39,115 nt of DNA, from positions 1 through 39,115 of IMG/VR virus record IMGVR_UViG_3300020592_000107; one strand, written 5' to 3'. Below the pieces are notes generated by a model. The model ran no database searches, had not been told where the DNA came from, and saw nothing but the letters and a program-made list of their open reading frames with translations. Made by a program: the position numbers and the translations under genes. Origin of the DNA: a virus. Taxonomy: Duplodnaviria > Caudoviricetes. Shown one piece after another: positions 18,222 to 26,611 of the stretch (within the stretch, counting starts at the first letter, position 1; the number at the start of each line of letters is the position of its first letter).

Positions 18222-19895
18222 CTACGCGATCTGTCGAGGCATCCGCCTACTCGTCTTCGTCACGCCCTTGCCGACAGCGTCCAGACCTGCGGCGAGCGCG
18301 AACATCGCTCCCCAAGCCAGGTCGATCTTGCCGAAGTCCTGGTTGTCGTCTGCCTTCTTCAGCACGTAGCCGGCACGCCGTGGATCGCGGCGAGCGTTGA
18401 GGAAGTGCCGGATCAGATCCGGGTCGTCCTCGATCGTGATCTCCCCTGAACGGATCATCGAGTACAGCTGCTCGAACGTGTCCGCCGTGCGGGTGACGTC
18501 ACGCTGCTTCCAACGGATCGGCTCGGCGACGGTGACTTTCGCCTTGTAGCGGGAGTGGTACTTCGCCTCCCACGCCTTCACGTCACCGGCCCAGCCGGCA
18601 GACGGATCCCCGTAGAAGCCCACGACATGCCTGCTGCGATGTGTCTCGTCGACCTTCGCGTTGATCTCGTCCTTCGGAGGCTGCCAGCCCTCGCCCCGCG
18701 GACCTTCCGGCTGCTCCCACAAGCCCACCTTGAAGATGTGCTTCTGCGCGATCGAATACCCCACCAGGACAGTCGAGTCCGCGATGCCGCGCCTGCGACC
18801 CTCCGAGCCGTCGAATCCCAGCGTGATCGGCTCGGACCGGGTGATGTCCTTGTGCGCGAGCACGGCGCGCAGCTCCGGGTCGGATACGAACGCGTCGCGT
18901 GCAACATCGATCTGGTTCAGGAAGTCCGCTCGCATCTGGGCGACATCGTTCGACGTGTCCAGGAAGTCCAGGGCGATTCGCTCCAGGTCGACCCAGCCCG
19001 GCTCGCACGGCGGATCGTGCAGCACGCAGCCTCGGGGATCGGCTGAGGAGTCGCCGTACGCTACCCGCAGACCCTCGATGAGGGAGTCGTGGTCGCCGAT
19101 GTCCGTCGTTGCCGGAGCGGAACGGTGATCGAAGTAGATCGACTTCACGTCTTCCAGCGCCTTGTACTTGCCCGACTGGATGGCATCCCAGAACGCGTAG
19201 GACTCCTCGGCCACTGAGTGCTCGCCGAGCGTATACGCGTTGGGGGTCTCGATCGTGATTCCGCCGAGCTTCGTCGCGTTGTTCCGCAACGTCTGGGCGA
19301 GCTTCACGCCGGAGTTGGACTTGAGCCAGGTCTCCGTCTGATCCAGAGACGCGGCGACGGCTTTGAACCCCTTGATGGACAGCGGTGACGCCGTGATTGG
19401 GACCATGCGCCCGCGTGGCAAAGCGACGAAGCTGTCCATCGGGTCCACCCCGAACTCGTCCGGGGCCGACCCGTTGCGCAGCATCTCCAGGATCGGCTGC
19501 CACGTGTTACGCGTCTGCTCCTCGGTCACCGCCGCGATAGCCACGTACGGGGTGCGCACCCGAGACCATGGCTTCGCTACCGGCTGCCCGAACGCGTCCC
19601 ACCCATCAGGGACGACCTCGAACATGGCCTCCGCGCACATGATCGCGCCGACGAAAGGCGACTTCGCCCAGCCACGTGCACGCATGAGAACCGAACGATG
19701 AATCTCGCGCCGGCACGTGATCGGGTCCAGCCGATACAGCTCGTTAAGGAACTCCTGCATCTCACGGGTGACCAGATACGGCGCGGACTGGTCATCATCT
19801 CCGGCATCCGGCATGCCAAGGTATTCGGCCATCTGCTCGGCGACGTGCCAGCCCAGAGTTGGGAAGTCGTCCTCCGACTGCGGCACCCACGGCAT
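18222..19895 (-). CDS. Terminase large subunit
   Basis: RARGWAKSP Walker A variant; LDQTETW Walker B; ITLGFDGS nuclease motif; KIDLAWG. Confidence 0.93.
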   Translation of the reverse strand: MPWVPQSEDDFPTLGWHVAEQMAEYLGMPDAGDDDQSAPYLVTREMQEFLNELYRLDPITCRREIHRSVLMRARGWAKSPFVGAIMCAEAMFEVVPDGWDAFGQPVAKPWSRVRTPYVAIAAVTEEQTRNTWQPILEMLRNGSAPDEFGVDPMDSFVALPRGRMVPITASPLSIKGFKAVAASLDQTETWLKSNSGVKLAQTLRNNATKLGGITIETPNAYTLGEHSVAEESYAFWDAIQSGKYKALEDVKSIYFDHRSAPATTDIGDHDSLIEGLRVAYGDSSADPRGCVLHDPPCEPGWVDLERIALDFLDTSNDVAQMRADFLNQIDVARDAFVSDPELRAVLAHKDITRSEPITLGFDGSEGRRRGIADSTVLVGYSIAQKHIFKVGLWEQPEGPRGEGWQPPKDEINAKVDETHRSRHVVGFYGDPSAGWAGDVKAWEAKYHSRYKAKVTVAEPIRWKQRDVTRTADTFEQLYSMIRSGEITIEDDPDLIRHFLNARRDPRRAGYVLKKADDNQDFGKIDLAWGAMFALAAGLDAVGKGVTKTSRRMPRQIA

Positions 19896-20362
19896 CAGGC
19901 CTCCAGCCGTTTCGGCTGCCCATAACGTTCACGCGCAGACACAGTGCGGCGCTCCGAACGCTCAGCGTTCGCATCCTCCGCACCCTCCGCCTGCGCCAGC
20001 ACGAACCGCAAGCGGGCAACATCATCCGGCGTGATGCCGAACTTCGCGATCTGCAGCCGCGCCTCCGAGGCAAACCTCGCGTCGCCTTCCATCACCGCGT
20101 CGTCCAGCATCATCGCCCGTGCGAGCATCAGCCACTGCGCCATCAGCAGCCCCCGCGTAGTCGGGAACGAACCCAACGACTCCCACAGCCGCAACGTCGC
20201 CGCATGCCACGCCTTGCCCGTCATCGGATTGCGCGACCCGATCGCTTCCTTCAAGCTCGGCTGAGCATCAGGGACGACCGTGATCATCCGCAGCGGGGTC
20301 GCCGGCTTATTGCGCCGGGCACGCTGATCGGGAACCTTCGGAGCAGGACCACGCCCAGCCAT
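19895..20362 (-). CDS. Terminase small subunit
   Basis: MAGRGPAPK...RARRN and EARLQIAKFGITPDDVARLR, the classic actinophage TerS pattern. Confidence 0.88.
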   Translation of the reverse strand: MAGRGPAPKVPDQRARRNKPATPLRMITVVPDAQPSLKEAIGSRNPMTGKAWHAATLRLWESLGSFPTTRGLLMAQWLMLARAMMLDDAVMEGDARFASEARLQIAKFGITPDDVARLRFVLAQAEGAEDANAERSERRTVSARERYGQPKRLEA

Positions 20363-20583
20363 CAGCGACGCACCGGCAGCAACTCAGCGCGGAAGCGGAA
20401 CACCCGCTTCCACTGCCCACCCTGAACCTCGAACGCCTCCTGGGTGAGCTCCGGCACCACGAAACCGCGCAGACCCTCATCGCCCTCGACCACGCCACGC
20501 AGATGCTCGACCGCGGCCTGCAGCGCTTCCTCCAGATCCTCAGCGGTGAAGGCGAACGAAATGATCTCCGGCTTGATCGTCAT
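20362..20583 (-). CDS. Hypothetical protein (first gene after the predicted cos)
   Basis: GGGAG RBS; stop coupled to the terS start. Confidence 0.55.
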   Translation of the reverse strand: MTIKPEIISFAFTAEDLEEALQAAVEHLRGVVEGDEGLRGFVVPELTQEAFEVQGGQWKRVFRFRAELLPVRR

Positions 20584-20741
20584 GATCGTCACTCCCGTTT
20601 CGGGATCGCAGGACCCGTTCCGGGTCACCTGCTACAACACGACTCCGACCAGGGCTCAGCGAACCCTCAGACCCGTACAGAGGAATTCCCACAGCACCTC
20701 CCCGCCCTTGAATTCGTGGGGGGAGGGGGTGGTGGGTGGGG

Positions 20742-21053
20742 TCATCGGAACGCTGGGTGCTGTTCAGGTGGTCGTGTAGGGCTGGGCTTGGTGTGTGTGG
20801 CTTGGGTGCGGGCGGTGGCGGCTTGTTGTTGGGTTTCTCGGTTGTGGTGCCAGTGGCAGAGTGTGCGGACCATGTCGACGGTGGTGTGTTCCCCTGGTTG
20901 CCATTGACCGAGGTGGGCTGCTTCGAGGTTCGTGGTTTCGGGGCAGCGTTGCCCGTTCTGCATCACGGCGGTGCAGCGGTGTCCGTCGCGGTCGAGGGCT
21001 TGCTCTCGGACGCGAGTGGGGACGTGGTTGGGGCGGTTGTTCTGCCATGCCAT
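20742..21053 (-). CDS. Packaging-associated HNH endonuclease
   Basis: RDGHRC...C...EAAH...LCHWHHNRET; located upstream of terS. Confidence 0.8.
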   Translation of the reverse strand: MAWQNNRPNHVPTRVREQALDRDGHRCTAVMQNGQRCPETTNLEAAHLGQWQPGEHTTVDMVRTLCHWHHNRETQQQAATARTQATHTKPSPTRPPEQHPAFR

Positions 21054-21132
21054 CAGGTGCCCCCGGGTGTGCTTCGTTCGGCGGGTCGGTCATCGGCAGG
21101 GTCAGCGTTGACGTGCAAGCCGTTCCGCAACA

Positions 21133-21321
21133 TCAGGTCAGGGCGAGCAGCAGATCATCTGCTAGCCGTTCCGTGAGGAATCGTTGGTCGCGCCAGTCGG
21201 TCACGAGATCACGGGCGAGCTGCATGCGATACCGGAGACGGTCGCGTTCACGGACGAGTTCACCGATTTTGTCGAGCATCAACGCCTCGCGCCGTTGCAC
21301 GTCAACCACAGTCGAACGCAT
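21133..21321 (-). CDS. Hypothetical coiled-coil protein
   Basis: Short helical ORF in the operon direction. Confidence 0.45.
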   Translation of the reverse strand: MRSTVVDVQRREALMLDKIGELVRERDRLRYRMQLARDLVTDWRDQRFLTERLADDLLLALT

Positions 21322-21534
21322 CCCTGTCGAGCACCGCGTGTTGGTCCGCGGCGCGGAGTACTTCGAGCACGTCGGTGGTGGGGTCGCGCAGGTCCGGGGA
21401 CCAGTCGCAGCGGGTGGAACCGTCGAAGGCGCACATGTTGACCTCGCTTCGCCGTTAGGCAGTGGGAGGGATGGTGGGGTCAGAAAAGTGCCTATTAGCG
21501 CGGTTATGTGACGTAAGAGCCAGAATGATGGCTG

Positions 21535-22260
21535 TTACTTGTCGAACGTCGTGCGATCGGCATCGTTGTTCGTGTGGAATCTGTTCCGAGCTTCAATGGC
21601 CGCTTCTTCGGCGTCCTCAATGCGCGAGAAGACCTTCCGCAAGACAGCCTCTCCGTTATGCCAAACCTGAGCTACCCAACCGCCACCACGGCTAGGACTA
21701 ACCCCACGTATGCCAGTCTGGCTATCGGATCGCGCCCCGGAGTGGTTTTCCACGTTCTGCTTCGGAGTAGCAAGGCGAAGATGGTCGATGCGCACGCATT
21801 TACGGTTGTGGCAGATGTGGTCGATGTGAAGGCCGTCCGGAATAGGACCTTTCAGCATCCGCCAGACGGTTCGGTGAGCGGTGACTGCCTTGTCATGGAT
21901 GCTGAGCATGCCGTATCCAGTGGGCGCTATCGCGCCGGTCCACTCCCAACAGGAGCCAGACTTGTCGACCTTCGCCCAGAAGCGATCAGACACTTGCTCA
22001 TCTACGCGGTGTGAGGGGCACTTATCGAAGGGTGCAGTCCGCACTCGAGTGCGGCAACCATCTACGGCGCATAATGGGTAGCGCTCGGCCACTGATTCAC
22101 GCTTCCGAGCAAGGTACCTGTCTCGATTCTCGAGATAGTGCGCGCGCTTGTAACACTCATTGGAGCAGTAGCGACGCGGGTTTCCCGGCTTGACCGTCCA
22201 CACGAACGCTTGTCCGCACGACACGCAAACTGATTCCTTGATACGCTCCGTGATAGCCAC
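21535..22260 (-). CDS. HNH homing endonuclease with C-terminal AP2-like domain
   Basis: RFWAKVDKSGSCWEWTG, HIDHICHNRKCV..DHL and SQTGIRGVS...WVAQV motifs; visibly lower GC than its neighbours. Confidence 0.85.
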   Translation of the reverse strand: MAITERIKESVCVSCGQAFVWTVKPGNPRRYCSNECYKRAHYLENRDRYLARKRESVAERYPLCAVDGCRTRVRTAPFDKCPSHRVDEQVSDRFWAKVDKSGSCWEWTGAIAPTGYGMLSIHDKAVTAHRTVWRMLKGPIPDGLHIDHICHNRKCVRIDHLRLATPKQNVENHSGARSDSQTGIRGVSPSRGGGWVAQVWHNGEAVLRKVFSRIEDAEEAAIEARNRFHTNNDADRTTFDK

Positions 22261-22330
22261 ATCGCCTCCAACTAGGTGATTGGGTTAGGCCCGGTGAGTG
22301 TTGGTAGCACTCATTCGGGCCGTTCATCTT

Positions 22331-23164
22331 CTACCGGATGGGTCTCGTAAACTGCGGTTTACCGACAAGCAGGTTCGACCTAACAGGCGATCCACAATCG
22401 TCACAACGAAATGCTTCGTAGGCGCGAACATTCGCTCGGGCCGGCTTGTGCTGGCGCGTGAGGCGTACCGAACCACAGTTAGGACAACGCGAAGTCTCGC
22501 TGTCGTCGATCATCACGCCGAGATGTGCGCTTCCCGGCAGCCAGGAGAGTTGTCGCAGCCAGATTTCCTCGGTGACTTCCACGTCGCGAATGTTGTATTC
22601 ACGCATCTCTTCCCACGCGTCAGGGTCGCCTTGCTCGCAGAGATCCCAGAGGTCTTTGCCGTCGTGGTCGATCTTTCCTGCGGTCCCGTGCTCACGCGCC
22701 AGGTACCGGAGCGACCTGTAGGGGCGTGCGAACCGCTGCTTGTTGATCTTGTATAGATCAATCGAGCGGGACGGCATCGGACGCGGCAATCCGAAGTGCT
22801 CGAATTCCTCGTGCATCCAGGGATGATCGGCCTTATCGCCATTGAAGGTCACGATGACATCGGCGGAATTGACCAACTCCCACATGGCCTTGACCATGCG
22901 TTTCGCCCCGCCTGTGCCCTTGCCATTCCTGCCGCGCTCGTCAAAGTAGATTATTTCGTCTGAGCCGTACCATTTCGCGGCGAAGCACATGATCCTGGGC
23001 CGGGACACCATCGTGTCCATGTGTAGGAACTTCGGCGGATACGGGTCCCACCGTCGAACCTTCCACTCTCCGCGCTGACGCTCAACATCGATCGTCAGAA
23101 TCTTGACGTTCTTCGCCGCGTCGGCCAGCCCGCGCGCCTGCTCTATGTCGTCAAGCAGACTCAC
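22331..23164 (-). CDS. DEDD/RNase H-like (YprB/DnaQ-like) 3'-5' exonuclease with C-terminal zinc ribbon
   Basis: TIDVE, VTFNGDKAD, IDL and YNIRDV exonuclease motifs; CPNCG...CDDCG; GTG start VSLLDDI. Confidence 0.8.
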   Translation of the reverse strand: MSLLDDIEQARGLADAAKNVKILTIDVERQRGEWKVRRWDPYPPKFLHMDTMVSRPRIMCFAAKWYGSDEIIYFDERGRNGKGTGGAKRMVKAMWELVNSADVIVTFNGDKADHPWMHEEFEHFGLPRPMPSRSIDLYKINKQRFARPYRSLRYLAREHGTAGKIDHDGKDLWDLCEQGDPDAWEEMREYNIRDVEVTEEIWLRQLSWLPGSAHLGVMIDDSETSRCPNCGSVRLTRQHKPARANVRAYEAFRCDDCGSPVRSNLLVGKPQFTRPIR

Positions 23165-23360
23165 GGTAAGCCTTGATCGTGGCGTCGCCGATGCGGATGC
23201 CGTTCTTTCGCAGCACCCTCGCCACAGTGTCGAGCGAGACGCTTCGGTCGCGAACGAACTCGAGTACTGCGTCGCGTTCCTGGTCGGATGCTGTCTCCAA
23301 CCATTTCTCGAGAGTCGGCGGTTGCCGTTCGACAGCTGCAATATCGTCGAGCAGTCCCAC
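23151..23360 (-). CDS. Small helical, possibly HTH-like protein
   Basis: GTG start with AAGGGG RBS; SLDTVARVLRKNGIRIGDATIKAYR; overlaps the exonuclease start. Confidence 0.65.
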   Translation of the reverse strand: MGLLDDIAAVERQPPTLEKWLETASDQERDAVLEFVRDRSVSLDTVARVLRKNGIRIGDATIKAYRESA

Positions 23361-23383
23361 GGTTGCCCCTTCTGTCAGGTTCG

Positions 23384-23461
23384 TGGAGATGGGGGCAATC
23401 GAAGCCCCGTCCGCCGTAGTTCCGCGTGCGGTTCTGCTACGTCGATCAGCCTTGCATCCCC
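23384..23461 (-). ncRNA. tmRNA tRNA-like-domain-only RNA (mini-ssrA-like)
   Basis: GGGGATG/CATCTCC-A acceptor stem with G3.U70; stemless D-loop ending TCGAC; short P2-like stem; GAC linker; GGGGC-TTCGATT-GCCCC T-arm. Confidence 0.75.
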
Positions 23462-23604
23462 AGCGGTCGCTGTGCGTCCCCGACCAAAGGCACGTGTTCA
23501 GTGCGCGCTCATGCACGCCTTAAACGAGCGAACCCCGACTTGCGTATCGAGGCCCGCACGAGAGAATCAGCCCACACCGGTACCTGGGCGGACTGATCGG
23601 CACC

Positions 23605-23640
23605 AAAGAAAATCCCCACCAATCCCGGAGACGGTGGGGA
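23605..23640 (-). terminator. Intrinsic terminator in the leader of the late region
   Basis: TCCCCACC...GGTGGGGA followed by TTTTCTTT on the minus strand. Confidence 0.7.
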
Positions 23641-23697
23641 GCAATAGGGTGTACGACACCCATGATCCGGAACAATAATCCGGCCAGTCCAGCTGTA

Positions 23698-23913
23698 CTA
23701 CAACTCCCGCGCTCGGCGTGTCGCATATTTGCGTAAAGTCATCTCCTTTTCAACGCGGAGGAGATCATTGACATTCAACCAAAGGTAGCGGTCAACTCGT
23801 AGCGTCCGGATTTCCAGCTCTGGACGTTGCAGCCATGCGTAGATCGCGGATCTCGATCGCTTGACACGTTTATGTGCCTTCGTAGCGAGAACCCATTCGT
23901 CGAGCACACTCAC
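23698..23913 (-). CDS. Small HTH DNA-binding protein
   Basis: ATKAHKRVKRSRSAIYAW...LWLNVNDL excisionase-like winged-HTH pattern. Confidence 0.6.
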   Translation of the reverse strand: MSVLDEWVLATKAHKRVKRSRSAIYAWLQRPELEIRTLRVDRYLWLNVNDLLRVEKEMTLRKYATRRAREL

Positions 23914-23915
23914 AG

Positions 23916-24167
23916 TTACTCCGTACCGCCCTTCAGGGCTCTGATGCGCTCCTTCGCTCCGCCGCTACCAGCCCACGTCACTGCAGGGGAAGCGTCAGCG
24001 GTTGCGATAACCTCGTCCAACACTGCGTCACGGATCACGGGATAGACCGCGCGAGCATTCGCTCGACAAGCCTCCATGTCCACATCGCCCGGCTCCGGAT
24101 CGCATCCGAACCAGAGCTGAAACAATGCCTTCGCTGCTTGCTCGATCACGTCGTCACGGGCGGTCAT
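23916..24167 (-). CDS. Hypothetical phage protein
   Basis: Coupled ORF with VIEQAAKAL motif. Confidence 0.55.
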   Translation of the reverse strand: MTARDDVIEQAAKALFQLWFGCDPEPGDVDMEACRANARAVYPVIRDAVLDEVIATADASPAVTWAGSGGAKERIRALKGGTE

Positions 24168-24724
24168 CGCTTAGCCCTCTCCGCGTTCTCCGCCTCGATC
24201 AACGCCACCGCGCGACCCCACAACGTTTCATCCATCACAGCCCCGCACTCCTTGTTCGTGCACTTCACCGTCGTGTCCAACAGTTGCCCGTTAGCGAACG
24301 TGGGCGGGTAGTAGCGGAGGGTGAGCATGTCGCAGGCGAAACAGCGGACGTGTTGCACCTTGTGGGGGCGGTCCGAGATCGGCCACCGTGCCATCGCAGT
24401 CTCAACCTCACGGATCAGCAGCTCTGCGAAGTACACCCCGTCGTCATCGTTCGCCGCGTCCGACAGTTCCGGCCACTTGTTCAACTGCTCTAACAGGCGT
24501 TTGATCTCCTCTGCCGCCAACCACGGTGCAGGTAACGGCAACGGGTAGCTATTCGACGACGACACCCGCTCCAGCTCCTCCGCCGCGCTGTTGCGAATGT
24601 GCCCGCACACCCGCCACCACGGAACATGCTTGATCGCGTTGTTCACCGCACGTTCGAGCCGGTTGAACTGGTCCCAGGTCATCAGGCCGACGTAACCGTC
24701 AGCAGGATCAATGTCTGTTCTCAC
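24164..24724 (-). CDS. Hypothetical protein with C4 zinc finger (possible late regulator)
   Basis: CFACD...CTNKECG; GGAGG RBS; last large early gene. Confidence 0.6.
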   Translation of the reverse strand: MRTDIDPADGYVGLMTWDQFNRLERAVNNAIKHVPWWRVCGHIRNSAAEELERVSSSNSYPLPLPAPWLAAEEIKRLLEQLNKWPELSDAANDDDGVYFAELLIREVETAMARWPISDRPHKVQHVRCFACDMLTLRYYPPTFANGQLLDTTVKCTNKECGAVMDETLWGRAVALIEAENAERAKR

Positions 24725-24821
24725 GTACCCTCCAAATAGAAGACGCCCCCACCCGAAGGCAGGGGCGAACGAACGGTGAGCGCTCTAGCGCGCTTCCTCG
24801 ACGCTCGGCGTGTACGGGGCG

Positions 24822-25082
24822 TCAGGCATCACCCAGCTCCTTCTCGATGATCTGCTGCACGTCGGCTTTCCGGTACGGATTTGGTATCGGGTCGTCGTCA
24901 TCCCAGAAATCGCGAGCTAGATTCTCGCATGCCGCCACCCCGCCTTCGTCCCATGCTTCGGCTTTGATCTGCCGGATCACGTCAGAGGCGAGAATCGCGT
25001 CGGCAACATCATCAATGTCGCCGTTGTACTTCCAGTGTCCGAGTGGTTCGATCAGCCGCGCTAGTTCCTCACGAGTCGTCAC
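24822..25082 (-). CDS. Hypothetical phage protein
   Basis: KAEAWDEG...NPYR motif common in actinophage small proteins. Confidence 0.6.
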   Translation of the reverse strand: MTTREELARLIEPLGHWKYNGDIDDVADAILASDVIRQIKAEAWDEGGVAACENLARDFWDDDDPIPNPYRKADVQQIIEKELGDA

Positions 25083-25279
25083 GAGCGGCCTCCTTCACAA
25101 GGTCGAACTGGCGAACCATTGACGAAGTGAGGACAGGCCCGCCAGGCTTCTTCCCGCGTGAGTTAGTCAGGCGCGCCCGCTCGCGGCCGTCCAAGTAGTT
25201 CTTCGATACCTCTTCGACGCCGAATCTGCGCCCGTCCTTCCGCCGCCGCCAGACCTGCCCGACCTTCACCTCAGGCATC
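25069..25279 (-). CDS. Hypothetical protein (VKVGQVWRR motif)
   Basis: Start near MPEVKVGQVW with GGAGGAG RBS. Confidence 0.5.
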
Positions 25280-25522
25280 TGCGTTCTCCTCCGGATCAAT
25301 ACCAATCTTGCGCAGGGCGTTGGCGTATGCCTCGACCGTCTCGTGTGCCAGCGCCGCGGTCAGCTCGGCAGCGTCAGCAACATCGCGAGCCTGCTGCATC
25401 TGACGCACCGCAGCGTCGTACTTCTCGACAGCGAGCCTGTGTCCAGCGCGAAGCACGGACTCCGGCTCGCTCATCCTGAAGTCGAGTCCCTGATGGTGGC
25501 CGTGTTCGATGAAATCAGCCAT
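25271..25522 (-). CDS. Hypothetical phage protein
   Basis: GAGGAG RBS; coupled ORF. Confidence 0.55.
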   Translation of the reverse strand: MADFIEHGHHQGLDFRMSEPESVLRAGHRLAVEKYDAAVRQMQQARDVADAAELTAALAHETVEAYANALRKIGIDPEENADA

Positions 25523-25841
25523 TCGTCTTCTCCTCTCGCAGCTCGCGCCGTTCGCCGTACTCGTTCACCAGGCCGAGGCGGCAATGCGGATGCTGTGCCA
25601 GAAACCGTCTGGCGTTCATCGTGAAGTACGCGCGCGTCATGGCCTCCTCTGAGTCCGTCCCGCCGAACCTGACGGACTTCATGCGCCAGTACGAGTCGTC
25701 TTCCCCTTCGTCGACCGGGCGCGCATCTGCCAACGCGACGCCCCGACGGAAATGCTCGTCCTCAGTGTGCTGAGTGAACTCGTCCTCGCTTCTCAGTGGC
25801 GGGTCGTGGTCGAGGCATTCGAAGTACCAGTACGTGCTCAT
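25515..25841 (-). CDS. Hypothetical phage protein
   Basis: Start MSTYWYFECLDH overlaps the upstream stop; ends FLAQHPHC...NEYG. Confidence 0.6.
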   Translation of the reverse strand: MSTYWYFECLDHDPPLRSEDEFTQHTEDEHFRRGVALADARPVDEGEDDSYWRMKSVRFGGTDSEEAMTRAYFTMNARRFLAQHPHCRLGLVNEYGERRELREEKTNG

Positions 25842-26197
25842 GCGTTTCCCTCTCGCAGCTCGCGCGCCTTGGACTCGAGCAGATATGCGTCTCCCTCGGT
25901 CGAATCCAACAAGGAAATGTGGCCAGCATCGCGGAGCGTGCCGCCGATCACCTTGTGGTACCAACAGTGCGCGTACCAGGCCCCCACATCGCGATAGTCG
26001 CTCCGATTTCCCGGGCCCTTTCGAAACCACACTGCGATGCTCTTGATGGTCGACTCCATCGCTTCGTTCCGGCGGATTGCTTCGTCTAGGCGCTCCTGCG
26101 TCGCTCGGCACTCGGCCTCAGCGTCGTGCCAGAATGCCTCGACGCGGCGAAGTCGGGCACCGATTTCGCCGAGAGCATCAACGTCGTCAGCCATCAA
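25838..26197 (-). CDS. Hypothetical coiled-coil protein
   Basis: GGAGG RBS; coupled ORF. Confidence 0.55.
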   Translation of the reverse strand: MMADDVDALGEIGARLRRVEAFWHDAEAECRATQERLDEAIRRNEAMESTIKSIAVWFRKGPGNRSDYRDVGAWYAHCWYHKVIGGTLRDAGHISLLDSTEGDAYLLESKARELREGNA

Positions 26198-26363
26198 GCG
26201 CCTCCTTCCACTCCTTGCCGTCTACGAACACTCGCATCCGCTTCCGCTTCTCACTGAACGCCAACTCGAAGTTCCGGCCCTCGAACGTCGCGCGATAGCT
26301 GATGCCCTTTCCGGGGAAGCGCGCGTAGGCGATCTCCGATGGCCCTGCATAGTCGTCGGTCAT
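26187..26363 (-). CDS. Hypothetical 58-aa protein (not in ORF track)
   Basis: MTDDYAGPSEIAYARFPGKGISYRATFEGRNFELAFSEKRKRMRVFVDGKEWKEALDG; overlaps the next start. Confidence 0.5.
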   Translation of the reverse strand: MTDDYAGPSEIAYARFPGKGISYRATFEGRNFELAFSEKRKRMRVFVDGKEWKEALDG

Positions 26364-26611
26364 CGCTCGCCTGCTTCGATCAACGTGCGCCCTTTCGCGC
26401 TCACGGTTGCGGTTCCTTGTAGACGCGCGGCTTCACGAGACACCATCCGAGCGAACTATCAGCGTCGCGGCGAGCGCCGCATACACCGGATGCGTCGCCC
26501 GCTGATCAGCGCTCACGCAGCTATACGCCACCCAAGCGGTCGTGCGAGCGCGCAGGTCACGAACATTCGGCAGGATCTGAGCGCCCGTGGAACTCTCCAC
26601 GAGTACCGTGC

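Noticed and set aside
3897-18369. Long plus-strand ORFs (for example 3897-5240, 6820-8421, 9510-11003, 13850-15577, 16741-18369)
   Set aside because: They are antisense shadows of well-supported minus-strand structural genes in high-GC DNA and carry no recognisable motifs.
23384-23461. Ordinary tRNA-Ala or a full/permuted tmRNA
   Set aside because: There is no D-stem or 7-nt anticodon loop. The ends are in unpermuted order, with no room for a tag ORF or pseudoknots.
23151-23726. ORF-track extensions 23151-23516, 22331-23341 and ORF 23520-23726 as coding across the RNA region
   Set aside because: Better starts with RBS or coupling exist at 23360 and 23164. The upstream sequence is explained by RNA structure and a terminator.
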